Below are positions 1 to 12,206 of a stretch of DNA of 40,882 bases, one piece after another; the stretch's first letter is position 1; each line of letters starts with the position of its first letter. Where the stretch lies: positions 1 through 40,882 of the forward strand of contig KZ538909.1 of the NCBI GenBank assembly GCA_000934665.2, given 5' to 3'. The notes under the pieces were generated by a model that ran no database searches, was not told the origin of the DNA, and saw only the letters and a list, made by a program, of their open reading frames with translations. Origin of the DNA: Catajapyx aquilonaris (lineage: Eukaryota). The translations under genes were made by a program, and so were the position numbers.

Positions 1-1797
1 CGCCCCTGTCAACACTCCAGTCAGTGACCAGCTGCCCGTCTGAACAGTCGCAAGATCTGGGTGTTCCTGCTCCATCATGGCCAATACACCGTCGCCTACT
101 GCTGTCAACCCAATAAGATGACCCAAAAAATGTGAAGGCTGACCACTCTAGGCAAATAATCCTCATCCACTGGGTCATGGTCCAAGTAAATACCAGTTGC
201 AGATAACCAGGGCCGGATTGAGGGGGGAGCAAACGGGGGCACCTGCCCCAGGCGGCAAGAAGGTGGGGGCGGCATGTCTTGTCACTGGAAATGAACTTGT
301 CACATGCACATTGCACTGTTCTGTGTGTCCTTTTCTGTTTTGCGGTCACGACCCCAAATTGGGGTCGCACGGAAGGGTAACTATAGTTATTTGTGCAAAT
401 TGATTCATATCTCTGGAAAATTTGCCTGTAAACAAGATATGTTAATTTAGCAATTATTGTAATTAACTACCACCGAGGGGGTAGGGTTGAATTGGAAGTG
501 ATGGTCGTGAATTTTACGCATCTATTTTCTGGGGTCGCCAACGAAACAGATTGGGAAGCACAGCTCTAGAATGATCGAAAACCCGCTAATGTTGACAACA
601 CTGTGGAATTGTTTGTGAACTTGCAACGACAAAACTACAGCCACCTAAGCAGAACTCCTTTAAAGTGCAATATGCAGATCTGAAATAGTTATTAACCTTC
701 TTGTTGTGTATTGTCCGGGACAATGACAAGACGTGCGCTCATTACGAAAATAGATCTGCGAACAGCATATTATTTGGACTGGTACCGTAGTCAAAACTGT
801 AGTGCATCTTAGCCCTAATAAGACGGGTGGTTTTTCGCGTTTTTGCAAGTATCTGCAAAAAAATTCGCTTTTTTGGGACTTGGGGGACTAGACTTGCAAA
901 CACTAGTGAATAAGATCCTACAGTGTCCAGGCTTGATCCTGAGGCCATCTATGTGACCCTCCTCTCATGCATACACAGTGAAAACTCTCAAATGCAAAAC
1001 AAGGTGGCGCAGAGGGGTATGTTTCATGCCTACTCCAATTTTTTGTCACTCTGCTTGCTTGACAAAAAATTATGGGTATGTAGCCTTGGCACCGCTGAAC
1101 AAAGCAGTACATAGCACATAGCATGAATTACGGCACAGGCCTGCCAAGCGAGCTGTGTTGATAAACACTCACGAGTATAAACCTCCTTGAGCAACAGCTA
1201 TTCAAAAGGCGCGGGGGACCTGCACCCTCCAGCCAGCCTGAGGCCGGTGTTGAAGTGCTTGCCTCCCGCCAACCGTTAATTGGCATTTACAAACATTATT
1301 TATTTATTTTAAAACTATTGAATCATCTTTTGCACTAATTTTAGGGTGGAATCTCTTGAGGAGGTTTGGGGCCAACTATGTATGCCAACAATTTGCCGGT
1401 CAAGGTCGGATTTTGTTGTTTTTTTAAAAGTTTTTTTTCCAGGGGCCGCAAAAAGATGATTTCATTCAAGTTAATTGGTTAATCCGGTTTATTTATGCAT
1501 GATTTTGTAGTCCAAAACACGCGATTTTTTACGCGAGAGAAAATTTAAAAAGCCACACAGAAACCACGTTACATAGTGGGAAAACGCGATAGTTTCGCCA
1601 GCAGAATTTTTTAAAGCCACCGTATCAGCATATGATACGACCATCTTATTAGGGTTAGGGACTCTTTCCAAGAAATGCAAAACAAAGCAGAAGATGATAT
1701 TTCTTTCTGGCATCTTCTTTCTTAGCATCTTCAGCTTGTGTGACCTTGAACACAAAAAATTTCCTTGCCTACCAACCCCCAACCCCCCCCCCCCCCC

Positions 1798-1859
1798 NNN
1801 NNNNNNNNNNNNNNNNNNNNNNNNNNNNNNNNNNNNNNNNNNNNNNNNNNNNNNNNNNN
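1798..1859. other. Assembly gap between a poly-C and a poly-G run
   Basis: 62 N bases. Confidence 0.95.
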
Positions 1860-2243
1860 GGGGGGGGGGGGGGGGGGGGGCAGAAACTTTTCCTGCCCCC
1901 CCTCTAAAATTTCGCAGATCCGGCACTGCAAGATAACATGCTTAATCCTACTATCATCAACTGAGGTGACACCAGATTACACCAGAGCTCATAACCTCCC
2001 CCCAATGATTATTATGACAATTCATGGAAAGTATTGCGTGAGACTCAACATATACGGGCTCTTTTGTTTTATTAACTGTGTCATAATGTACACAAATGGG
2101 ACTATCACTTCACAAGTTGACTTTAGCAATCCATTTCACTCGAGAAAACCTTAGTGTCCTGCCTCTAGTTGGTTCATGACAGTGAGATTTAGTGCCTTTT
2201 AAAAATGATTTCATGAACAAGACTATCATTTCTCAAGATGACT

Positions 2244-2281
2244 TTAGCGGTCAATCTCACCAAAGACAACATCTAGTGTGC
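2244..2281 (-). CDS. NDUFS2: NDUFS2 last coding exon
   Basis: ttttcag|GTLDVVFGEIDR-TAA, the conserved C-terminus; candidate AATAAA at 2068-2073 (minus). Confidence 0.95.
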
Positions 2282-2365
2282 CTGAAAACCCCAAGGATAC
2301 CACGGTCATTAGTATATGCAATATCCTTTCAAAAACTTAATACAGCCAAGGAATATGATACTCAC

Positions 2366-2506
2366 CAATAATGGCCACAATATCTGCGAGGAAGTGGTTC
2401 TTTCCAATCTTCTCCATGGCTGCCAAGTGGGCAAAGCCAGGAGCTTTGATCTTGCACCTGTAGGGCTTGGTGCCACCATCTGCCACCAGATACACACCAA
2501 ATTCAC
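2366..2506 (-). CDS. NDUFS2: NDUFS2 coding exon 5
   Basis: [47 protein letters not shown]; cag acceptor, GTGAGT donor. Confidence 0.95.
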
Positions 2507-2567
2507 CTGCCAAATTAAATTTTACAACCTGTCATCTTCCTCAGTTGTATGAATGGGCAAAATTATG

Positions 2568-2674
2568 AGTGGAATTTTCATCTCAATGATAGTCACTGCT
2601 GACTTATCAGTACCATTGCCAACATTAGTATTGCTAAGTTAGCAGTGACTATCAGTGGGATGAAAATGCCACCC
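2568..2674. mobile_element. Short palindromic MITE remnant
   Basis: gtggaattttcatc..tgatagtcactgct pairs with agcagtgactatca..gatgaaaatgccac; similar ends at about 5860 and 7500. Confidence 0.5.
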
Positions 2675-2816
2675 TATGTCTTAATAGTCACGTGCATAAC
2701 GAGTCAGAATAATGGCTTTCATCACTTTCCATGTGCTGAGCCCATTGACACTTCTAGTATCAGCATAGCTTTGACTGTTACAATCAGTCCTATGAACTTT
2801 GCAAGCACTTACATTT

Positions 2817-2841
2817 TTTATTATTATTTTTATTATTTTTA

Positions 2842-2904
<63 letters not shown>

Positions 2905-3618
2905 TTATTTACCTCCCTGCCTCCAAACGCAGGGAGGGACAACTCAGACATCCAATACCCTTTTGTCTTACAATATTAAATACATGTCCAACATTTAATG
3001 TGTACATCTCACTGCATCTCAATTCCATTAACAATTGTGCACCCAGTCTGCTATGTAAGAAAAAAAATTTAAAAAGTACCCGCAATTGCTCATCCGAGGG
3101 GTTCAACAATGCCCTTGATAGATTATCCCTGTCGAATTCTGCAAACACCTCCCTCACCTTCCCCCCCCCTCAAACAATTTACATTCCCACCATAAATGGA
3201 ACCAATCGCCTTTATTGCCGCGATAACATAAACTGCAGTTCTCTTCAGGCACGATAGTGATTTTCCTGTCTTTTCCCAATGGCATCCATCTCGCTCCCAA
3301 TCTTAGGCAAGCTAGCATTCTTGTTAGAGTAATCGGTCGAGTTGCCGTTATGTAGTGGGCCACCATGTATCTATTCTCAGCGTATAATCCAATTTTACTA
3401 CAATTTATTTTTGAGAGTTTTAACTTATTAATATCATTCACGACCTCCATATCTTTCATGGTTTGCTGCAGACTAACTAACTGACTTGTCCAATTGATGT
3501 CCAATATTTAAAAATTTTCAACCGATTGCCCAAACCTACGTAATTCCTTATCGAGTTGTCTTACCCAGTTGTAATTTGGGGCTGCATCTTTCTGGTAAAT
3601 CAGATAATTTAGTGCACG
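2817..3618 (-). mobile_element. 5'-truncated non-LTR retrotransposon (LINE) 3' end
   Basis: Disrupted ORF with C-x2-C-x8-H-x4-C knuckle (CSLCYRGNKGDWFHLWWEC); (TAA)n tail; 12-bp TSD gcacttacattt at 2805-2816 and 3619-3630. Confidence 0.85.
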
Positions 3619-3677
3619 GCACTTACATTTCAAGACATCCAGAGAAGTAAAAGCAACCAGATTGCATTATGACCTTG

Positions 3678-4745
3678 TACGAGGGCGGATCAAATGAAAC
3701 CCGAATATGGTGTCTGGACCGGATACTACTTAAGGCATGGATTTGAAACTGCCGGCACAGGAAGATGGTATCGATACTTCCTATTGGCATGAGTCAGAAT
3801 TTTCACCATACCACAGCCACATGCATTCCAAGATGGCATTCTCCCTATCTCACGTGTCCTAGAGGGATCAACGCATTGTCGTTCAATTTTTGCTGGCCAA
3901 AGGCAATACACGGGAGCAAATTTATCAGATGGTGCTTCCCATATACGGCAGCAACTGCATGGGACAGACAACTGTATGGGAACGGTTAAGGAAATTCCGA
4001 AATGGCAGAGAATCCACGGACAATCCTTCCTTATCAGCTTGTCCACACATGCAATGATGGCAGGCGTGTGGGGAAGGTCGTCTGTGGATTCTCTACCATT
4101 TCGGAATTTCCTGAACGATTCCCATACGGTTGTCTTTCCCATGCAGTAGCTGCCGTATACAGGAAGCATCCTCTGATGTTTTTTTTATTTTTATTTTTAT
4201 TTTATTTTTAATTACCCCGTGATAGGGTGGAGCCCTTTTAGGGGGGAAGGGGAGGTTCCTGAGGGAGGGCGCTGTAATTATAGTCATTTCTGACTTTCTG
4301 AAATACGCTAGACCTTTTCTCCTGGCCCTGAGCAGAGCAGGGAGTGCAATTCTGCTCCGGCATGTTGGGTGAAAAGCATAAAAAAGACCAGGCCAAGCAG
4401 AGGTGACAGGGACGGGATTTGAACCCCAGCCTCCCGCTTGGCTGGCCAGTGGTGTAACCACCAGACCACCATGCCTCCCTTATCCTCTGATAAATTTGCT
4501 CCGGTGTATTGACTTCAGCCAGCAAAAATTGAACGACAATGCGTTGATCCCTCTTGGACACGTGAGATAGGGAGCACGCTATCTTCGAATGCATGTGGCT
4601 GTGGCCGTGGTATGCGCGCAAAAATTCTGACTCATGCCAATAGGAGGTATTGATACCATCTTCCTGTGCTGGCAGTTTCAAATCCATGCCTAAGTAGTAT
4701 CCGGCCCAGACGCCATATTCGGGTTTCATTTGATCTGCCCTAATA
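3678..4745. mobile_element. Palindromic mariner-derived element (two inverted 5' ends)
   Basis: TA-CGAGGG terminus; about 350-bp inverted arms, each with a transposase N-terminus (QRIVVQFLLAE..TPEQIYQR; TVWE..RKFRNGRES); right arm split by a SINE. Confidence 0.85.
4178..4481 (-). mobile_element. tRNA-derived SINE (family A)
   Basis: A box TGGTCTGGTGG, B box GGTTCAAATCC, A-rich tail; 10-bp TSD atcctctgat at 4168-4177 and 4482-4491. Confidence 0.85.
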
Positions 4746-4794
4746 TATGCCTAAAAACATGCAAATCACCTACAGAAGTAAGAGACCACTTTAC

Positions 4795-5493
4795 CTTTTG
4801 GTGCCTCTATCGCAGTGTAAGTTGCCCCAGGTGGCACAGGGTACCCTTGGGTGAAAAGCTTGAAGTGGTGGATCAGTGCCTCCATGGAGGTTTTCATCTC
4901 ACCCCTCCTTGGGGGAACGATCTTGCAATCATCAGTCCGAACTTCCCCAGGTGGCATCTTGTTGAGGCATTGGTCAATGATTCTAAGAGACTCACGCATC
5001 TCCTCCATCCGGCATAGATACCGGTCGTAGCAGTCACCCTTGGTACCAATTGGTACATCAAACTCAAAGTCCTCATATCCATCATATGGCTGGGACTTGC
5101 GAAGATCCCACTTGATTCCAGAACCTCGCAGCATCACCCCACTAAAACCCCAGTTGAGGGCATCTTCTGCGCTGACAATACCAATGTCCACAGTGCGCTC
5201 CTTCCAGATGCGGTTAGTAGTCAGAAGGTCTTCTACTTCATCCAAGCGCTCTCCAAATTTCGAAGCAAATTCATATATATCATCCAACAGCCCCAAGGGT
5301 AGGTCCTGTGCAACACCTCCAGGTCGGACATAGGCAGCATGCATGCGAGCACCAGATACCCTCTCATAAAATTCCATCATCTTCTCACGCTCTTCAAAGA
5401 GCCAGAAGAATGGGGTAAGGGCACCAATATCCAAGGCATGTGTGCCTATTGCCATGATGTGATTCAGAAGGCGGGTGATCTCCGAAAACAACA
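4795..5493 (-). CDS. NDUFS2: NDUFS2 coding exon 4
   Basis: [12 protein letters not shown]...[19 protein letters not shown]...EAPK; 699 nt, phase 1 to phase 1. Confidence 0.97.
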
Positions 5494-6159
5494 CTAGGGG
5501 CATAAAGATTTCTCATTACTTCAGTGGCTCTTTGGGATGTAAATATTAAGAATATGGTATGTTGCATGGGCATCCTAAATGTACTCTACGCTGATTTGGA
5601 ATGAACAATGTCAATAATGATACTCCATAGTACTTTCTAATGTTGCTCACATCACTCAATTGCGTGAAGGGAACATGACGTCACATTATTGTCACCACTA
5701 ATTCAGCAAATTTATACATGCTTGTTGGCAGAACAAGATGAGGTCACAATCTGCAGTTTCCCTAGGAATATTTAAATTACACAGGTGGCCATACAAATGT
5801 TAAAATTTAACAAGAACTAGCCTTGGAAAGTTTTGCACTACAAGATTTTTAAAAACTTGGGGTGGAATTTCGTCCATTTCCTTAGCAGTGACTTATCAGC
5901 ATTGCTGCTTAGCAGCTGATAAGCACCTGCTAGCTTACTACTTAAATTGAATTTTTGTCACACTGATATCCGCTTCTTGTAAGCAGATGCGAAAAACCCA
6001 GGTAGGTGGGAGGGGCTTGTTGATGCCTGCGCAGTGTTAGGAAGAGATTTGGCAACCTCAGGATGTATCAGGGAGCGGGAAGATTTCAAAGATGGCGACC
6101 ACGCAAAGTGATGCAAAGATTCCGAGGATGAATAAAGTAATAAGCACTGGGGACGATTA

Positions 6160-6608
6160 TACAGGGTGGACCAACTTCAAGTGTCGTTTTATAATGGCTA
6201 TTAATAGAAGGGCTTTACGATTGACGTCGCAGCGACGTGTAAAATGGCCCACTTCGGCGCCATGGAAAATATTAGCTGGCAATAGCAGCACACATGTAAT
6301 GAACCCTGTTCAACTACATGCGGCACCAATGCCAATTCGGCAGTCCTTAAAGAAGGCTGCCTCGCCCACGCAATATGCGGTGTAAAATGGCGTCACCCAT
6401 TTCACCCAGGCGCATCTCAGGTCATGTGTGCACCTACGTTTTTCCAGGTCAACCCAGCAGCAGGGTTGATTACACGTGAGCTGCTATTGGCAGCTAATAT
6501 TTTCGATGGCGCCAAAGTGGGGCATTTTACACGTCGCTGCTACGTCATCGAAAATCACTGCTATTAATCGCCGTTATAAAACGACACTTGAAGTTGGTCC
6601 ACCCTGTA
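6160..6608. mobile_element. Tc1/mariner-type MITE
   Basis: TA flanks; TIR CAGGGTGGACCAACTTCAAGTGTCGTTTTATAA; arms continue internally. Confidence 0.88.
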
Positions 6609-6624
6609 TGTACGGTGGACAGGT

Positions 6625-6910
6625 GCATAGCTGGGACGGATTCATACCAGGTACGGGTGTTTACAGCGAACGGTATGTACCAGGTACGGGTGTGTACCGG
6701 ATATGGGTGCATACCGAGTCCGGGTGTGTACAGCAGGTATGCAGCGAACGGTATGTATCAGATATGGGTGCGAACGGAGTATGGGTGTGTACAGCAAACA
6801 GGTATGTATACAGGGTACGGGTATGTACCAAAGATGGGTTCATACCGGGTACGGATGTGTACGGGTGCGCACCGGAAACAGGTACGTACGGCGGACAAAT
6901 GTACATCGGG
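6625..6910. repeat. Degenerate minisatellite, about 17-18-bp unit
   Basis: Recurrent cgggtgtgtacc/aggta-like units; explains the overlapping low-complexity ORFs. Confidence 0.7.
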
Positions 6911-7072
6911 TCTTTGGATGATTTATTTGTTACAGAACCAACCACTGCACCACCTATGCATTTAATATCAGGATGTAGCCCAGCGATGAACATCCCAGGC
7001 TCCGGTAAATTAAGGTTTTTTTCTCACATTAGATGTGTTTCCTGCCTTAGCAGTAATTTAGAGTCCTTCTAG

Positions 7073-7458
7073 TTAGGGGTCGTCCATATACCACGTGACC
7101 GATTTTTGGCCACTTTTTGACACCCCCCCCCCCCTCCCCCCAGTGACCGACCGTGGTATCCATTGGACCCCCCCCCCTCCCCCCATTTTTCACGTGGTTT
7201 TTTAAAATGTCAATGTATTCAGAAAAAACGCAATCGAAATTGATAGCTCCTCAACTAAACTGTTTAAGCACGTAAAAAACATGTCTCCCCATGTTTTCGG
7301 GGTCACTGATTTCGAATTTTAGGTTATTTTGAACCCATGTGCATCTGCAAAAGCCCCCATATGTGCCAATTCACTGTGTTCAGAGATACAACGTGAATTT
7401 TCGCCGAACCCCCCCCCCTCCCCCCAAAACGGTCACGTGGTATATGGATGACCCCTTA
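7073..7458. mobile_element. PIF/Harbinger-type MITE
   Basis: TTA TSD; TIR GGGGTCGTCCATATACCACGTGACCG. Confidence 0.85.
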
Positions 7459-7895
7459 GCAGTAAGTGTGCTTAGCAGTGAGATGGAAATTCCACGCCCC
7501 TGATAATTGTGGGTGGAGCATCTTAGAAGTGGCTGACAGCAGCTATTACTTGTATTGCCTTAATAGCAAGACAAAAATTTGACCCTTGCTATAACTTGAA
7601 TCTTCCACAAGTCAAAACATGTTTCTGGTACCTTGGAGATTCGAGACAAGTTCCACTGTATATAAACCTGAAAATGGTGTTATTTTGTAACAAAAAACGC
7701 CAGCAGATTTTTTTAAATGCTGATGTGCGAGAATCATCTGCCATTCTTATTAATGTTAATGTTCATCTGAGATGTGATTTTGATTTTTGTGAGCAAAAAT
7801 CCCATGTATAACCATGTATAAAAAGTAACAGTACTTGAATAAAAATGACATCAGATGCTGGGAAAAAACTCAGCAGTTACTGATCCATTGCTCAC

Positions 7896-8097
7896 CTCGA
7901 ATGTACTTGGCCCTCTTGGGTATGTCAATGTTGAGAAGCTTCTCCACAGCGAGGGAGAAGCACTGCTCATTGCACATCATGGACACGTAGTCAAGGCGAT
8001 CGAAGTAAGGAAGTGCCTGGGTGTAGGTCTTGTATTCAATCAACTTCTCTGTGCCTCGGTGCAGCAGACCAATGTGTGGGTCGGCCCTCACCACCAC
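7896..8097 (-). CDS. NDUFS2: NDUFS2 coding exon 3
   Basis: [41 protein letters not shown]...; AG acceptor and GTGAG donor in phase. Confidence 0.97.
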
Positions 8098-8155
8098 CTA
8101 ATGAACTCTCATCAATAGGAATCCTTGCGGGGGGAAAATAATTCATGTCACTTAC

Positions 8156-8381
8156 TTCACCATCCAGCTCAAGTACCAGACGAAGCACACCATGAGCGGC
8201 AGGATGCTGTGGCCCAAAGTTGAGTGTGATGTTCCTGACTTGCTTCTCAACTGGGGCTAGCTTGGAGTTCCATGGAGGAAGCTTCCACTTGGAAGTCACT
8301 TCATCTGGATACATCACAGGGCCATCAAACTGCTGTAGGAACTGCGGGTCTGGGTACCATCTTTTGGCACCCCGCTCCTGA
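8156..8381 (-). CDS. NDUFS2: NDUFS2 coding exon 2
   Basis: tttcag acceptor; [11 protein letters not shown]...[22 protein letters not shown] (hallmark motif); GTAAGT donor. Confidence 0.95.
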
Positions 8382-8496
8382 CTGAAACACACCAGCAACC
8401 TCATGTTATGGCAAAGATATGCATGATTTCCAATGATGAGGTTAAGGAACAAAAAATGTTACTTGCATGCACAAATAATGTGAAGGACAGGTGATG

Positions 8497-8641
8497 TACC
8501 AACAGTGCAAAATGAACTGTCCCAGTCATCCTGACGTGTGGGCTGGCCGCTCGACACACACCATGTAAGTTACATGGTGTGTGTCGAGCGGGCAGCACAC
8601 ACATCAGGATGACTGGGACAATTCTTTTTGAACTGATGATA
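8497..8641. mobile_element. Hairpin MITE, older copy
   Basis: TA flanks; imperfect full-length palindrome related to 8802-8947. Confidence 0.75.
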
Positions 8642-8801
8642 CACATTCATATGGAGATGAGGTTAGTGGATTATTATTAATCTATGAGTGGACCATAAGT
8701 AAATTAAAAGAGCAGGTCTCCTTTTACTGCTCTATATAGTGCTAAGTGTGGAGCAGGAGCAGGAGCAGGTCATATGATATTGGAGTTCAATAATGTCATG
8801 G

Positions 8802-8947
8802 TATCAACAGTTCAAAAAGAATTGTCCCTGAGCGTCGAGCGGGCAGCCACGCGTCAGGATGAAAGGAACCAGTTAACTGGTTCCTTTCATCCTGACGGGT
8901 GGCTGCCCGCTCGACGCGACGGGACAATTCTTTTTGAACTGTTGATA
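8802..8947. mobile_element. Hairpin MITE, near-perfect palindrome
   Basis: TA-TCAACAGTTCAAAAAGAATTGTCCC...centre GTTAAC...GGGACAATTCTTTTTGAACTGTTGA-TA. Confidence 0.85.
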
Positions 8948-9698
8948 CAACAAATCTCCATTCCATAAACAAAATGCTGAATGCAAGTTTCAGTGTGGCA
9001 AGTTAGCAGAACCTGGCTTGTCATGAGCCTAGTAGTTCTACTGCCTCGGCTTTCAGAGGCAATTAATTCTAGAATGCACAGATACCCATTTTAAATTTTT
9101 ACAAAAAAGTGCAGGTGCCCTCCTGTTTTCAGTACTTCACCTGGGCGCTTTGAACGTAATCCAGCTAATTGCAGAAGTGTCAAGTTCATATTTTTGACAA
9201 AAGTTCCACATGCTTGATATAGACATGACTCGCTGTCTGAACTCTCACAATTTTTGCTCCTTTTAAAATTATTTCAGATACAATCTTCAGTAAAAGTGTT
9301 CACACAATGTGTTCCAAGCACAGTGAAACCTTGCCCTATCATACCCAGATGTATCATTTTTCCCGATCCATTGTTCAATCCCTAGGGTCCTAGAAAAAAT
9401 CCTATTTAAACTATGTAAATTAAACAAGCATCTCTTGTTCCTTGATTTATCGTTTTCCTGCATCTGTCATTCAGAATTTTTGATCCAGAAAACACAAATG
9501 TGGATTGACGGTTGGCATCCTTTTACTTATAAGAACTTTTGCCCAAAGCTGTTCTTTTTGTGTAGCCTCCTTCTGGAATGTGATTGGTGAACTGCTCTAG
9601 GAAGCTGAGGGAGGAGTGGGCGTAACCTAAAGTGTGTAGGGTAGGAAAGACTTCAAAGCGGGAGGACTCCGCCACATAGTTACAATCACGAGTGTATA

Positions 9699-10245
9699 TA
9701 GAGGGTGTTTCTTACGCGTAGCAGGTCAACCAGAAGTCAGCGTATTCCTTTGCCTAATCCACGTCTAAAATGTAGGGGGGAGAAATGTCGAGGGACCAAC
9801 CTGTAACGAGGTAGACAGACAACCAGAAACATTGGCCTACCCATAGACACAAGTAGCAACACACTCCCTTTGTAGGAAGATCACCTGGCAGATGGACACA
9901 TGTGCCTTACAGTGGTTGCCTAGGGAGCAGGATATGAGCGTGATAATCATGACTGTTGGTATTTTGCGAGATCACCTTTTTCACAGAAGTGATTATCACG
10001 ATCATATCTTGCTCCCTAGGCAACTATGTGTCAGGAACGCAAGTCCATCTGCCAGGCCCTACAAAGAGGCATCGTGTGTGTTTCCGCATGTGTCTAGGAG
10101 TAGGCCAATGTTTTTTTCTAGTCGTCTACCTTGTTACCAGTTGGTCCCTCTACATTTCTCTCCCCCCCCCCCCCTACATTTTACACTTGGTTTGGGCCAG
10201 GGAATAAGCTGACTTCCGGTTGACTTACTAGTGACAGACCCGGTA
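9699..10245. mobile_element. Palindromic MITE (TA-flanked)
   Basis: Long imperfect inverted arms; related fragments at about 16285-16540 and 18620-18670. Confidence 0.75.
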
Positions 10246-10274
10246 TGAGCAGTATTTTTGCATTCATGCATTTA

Positions 10275-11766
10275 TACAGGGTGTATCAGAGTCACGGGTC
10301 AAGCGCACGCGAGGGGGTGGGGAAAAATCGTAGGTGGTGATAACCCCGGTCGGTTTTATAAAACAATTAGAAATAAGGGAGTAATCAATTTTTGATTACG
10401 GCGTGACATCACGTGCTTTCCGTTCGAATTGAGAGGCGCGGAAAGGCTAGTACGGTGCGTACAGCGGCTCTCGAGCCGTGCCGGTTGCACTGAACAAGGT
10501 CCTCTCATGCTCTCCCGCCTTCCCACGCAAAGCATGGGACCAGGCTTGGACCTCGGCAACCCCTCTTCACGACCTGCCCATGCAACGGTGCACTGGGAAA
10601 TGGCTGAGGATGTCGAGCACCGATGTCTCTGTACAAATGTACAGGCAGGAATGACAGTACGCATACCATGTAGACATCATCCTCATCAAAAAATCGCGAA
10701 TAATGTTTCTTGCGGTGGACAGACAGCTGCGTGAGGCTGGTACATTGCGAGGCAGGCGAGATACGTCAGGTACGTACAGTTAGTACAGATTGTTGAACAC
10801 CTGTACTGTAGTACAGCACTGCACTGGCTGGATAATGCCTGTGTACGGTACTGTACGGTACTGTAACAGTACTGTATCGCACAATGCACCTTGTACCGCA
10901 CGTACCATGGCAATGGAGGAAGACGTTCTGGACCATAGACCCATCGATCAGCACCCGTGAAGTCGGGCGTAGAGTGCACAGCATTCATTCCAATGTGTGA
11001 AGGATCATCCATGACAGCATCAGAGCAAATGGCTCCCAGTTCCAGCATTTGCTGTAGTCACGGTATGCGTACTGACAGTACGCATACCGACTTCACGGGG
11101 TACTGATCGATGGGTCCATGGCTACCATGTCCAGAACGTCTTCCTCCATTGCCATGGTACGTGCTCTCCGAGGTGCATTGTGCGATACAGTACTGTACAC
11201 AGGCATTATCCAGCCAGTGCAGTGCTGTACTACAGTACAGGTGTACAACAATCTGTACTAACTGTACGTACCTGATGTATCTTGCCTGCCTCGCAATGTA
11301 CCGGCCTCATGCAGCCGTCTGTCCACCGCAAGAAACATTATTTGCGATTTTTCGATGAGGATGACGTCTACATGGTATGCGTACTGTCATTCCTGCCTGT
11401 ACACTTGTACAGAGACATCGGTGCTTGACATCCTCCACCATTTCCCGGTGTACCGTTGCTTGGGCAGGTCGCGAAGAGGGGTTGCCGAGGCCCAAGCACA
11501 GCCCCATTCTTTGCGTGGGAAGGCGGGAGAGCATGAAAGCGCCTCATTCAGTGCAACATGCACAGCTAGAGAGCCGCTGTACGCACTGTACTCGTCTTTC
11601 CACGGCTCTCAATTCGAATGGAAAGGATGTGACGTCATGCCGTAATCAAAAATCGATTACTCCCTTATTTCTAATTGTTTTATAAAACCAACCGGGGTTA
11701 TCGCCACCTACAATTTTTCCCCACCCCCTCGCATGCACTTGACCCGTGATTCTGATACACCCTGTA
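10275..11766. mobile_element. 1.5-kb fold-back element with CAGGGTG termini
   Basis: TA flanks; about 690-bp inverted arms (10277-10965 and 11087-11764); mirrored ORFs in the track. Confidence 0.9.
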
Positions 11767-12206
11767 GTATGTTGAAATCATATGCAAAGGGTGACAGTCA
11801 CGATCAATTCACATGCAGGTATGCAGCTTCCTGCATTGATATGAACAAATGGTTGGCACATGGCAAAAATGTAACTTTCCAAAAACTCTCCATGTAAACA
11901 AGTATTTGATATACAATAAAATTGCATGGTTTTTTTTTTAAAGGATGTAGCAATATATTATCCGCAAGACAATGGCGGATATCATACATTTAACGATCAA
12001 ATTTCTATCCAGCTTCTGCATGCATCACAGTCAGTGGTATCAACAATTGTCATTTTTCCACATCCATAAAAGGCCATCATATCATGGAATGATCGAGGAT
12101 GTAGATCAGTAGTCTTTGACTGGTATCCCTTAGAACCTTCCAGTTGTGGCCTGTCCACATGGTTCCATGACAATAATTGAGGCTGGTGTATTAGCCCAGT
12201 AAAGCA

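Noticed and set aside
1..196. Open frames at the window start (minus frame GLTAVGDGVLAMMEQEHPDL...)
   Set aside because: Too short to identify; may be an exon of a gene outside the window but unsupported here
923..1114. Exon-like 63-aa ORF after a cag
   Set aside because: No recognisable homology or partner exon
208..1928. Possible 1.7-kb element bounded by CAGGGCCGGAT and ATCCGGCACTG, with agataac near both flanks
   Set aside because: The duplication is offset by 2 bp, TIR similarity is short, and an assembly gap lies inside
2645..2998. Poly-Tyr and poly-Ile ORFs
   Set aside because: Translations of the (TTA)n LINE tail
6625..6910. CRISPR-like periodicity
   Set aside because: Degenerate tandem units without unique spacers, in a eukaryotic intron
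6476..7072. 198-aa ORF and overlapping ORFs
   Set aside because: They run through a MITE arm and a stop-poor minisatellite; no recognisable domain
10356..11685. Mirrored 70-120-aa ORFs
   Set aside because: By-product of the inverted arms; no protein motif recognised
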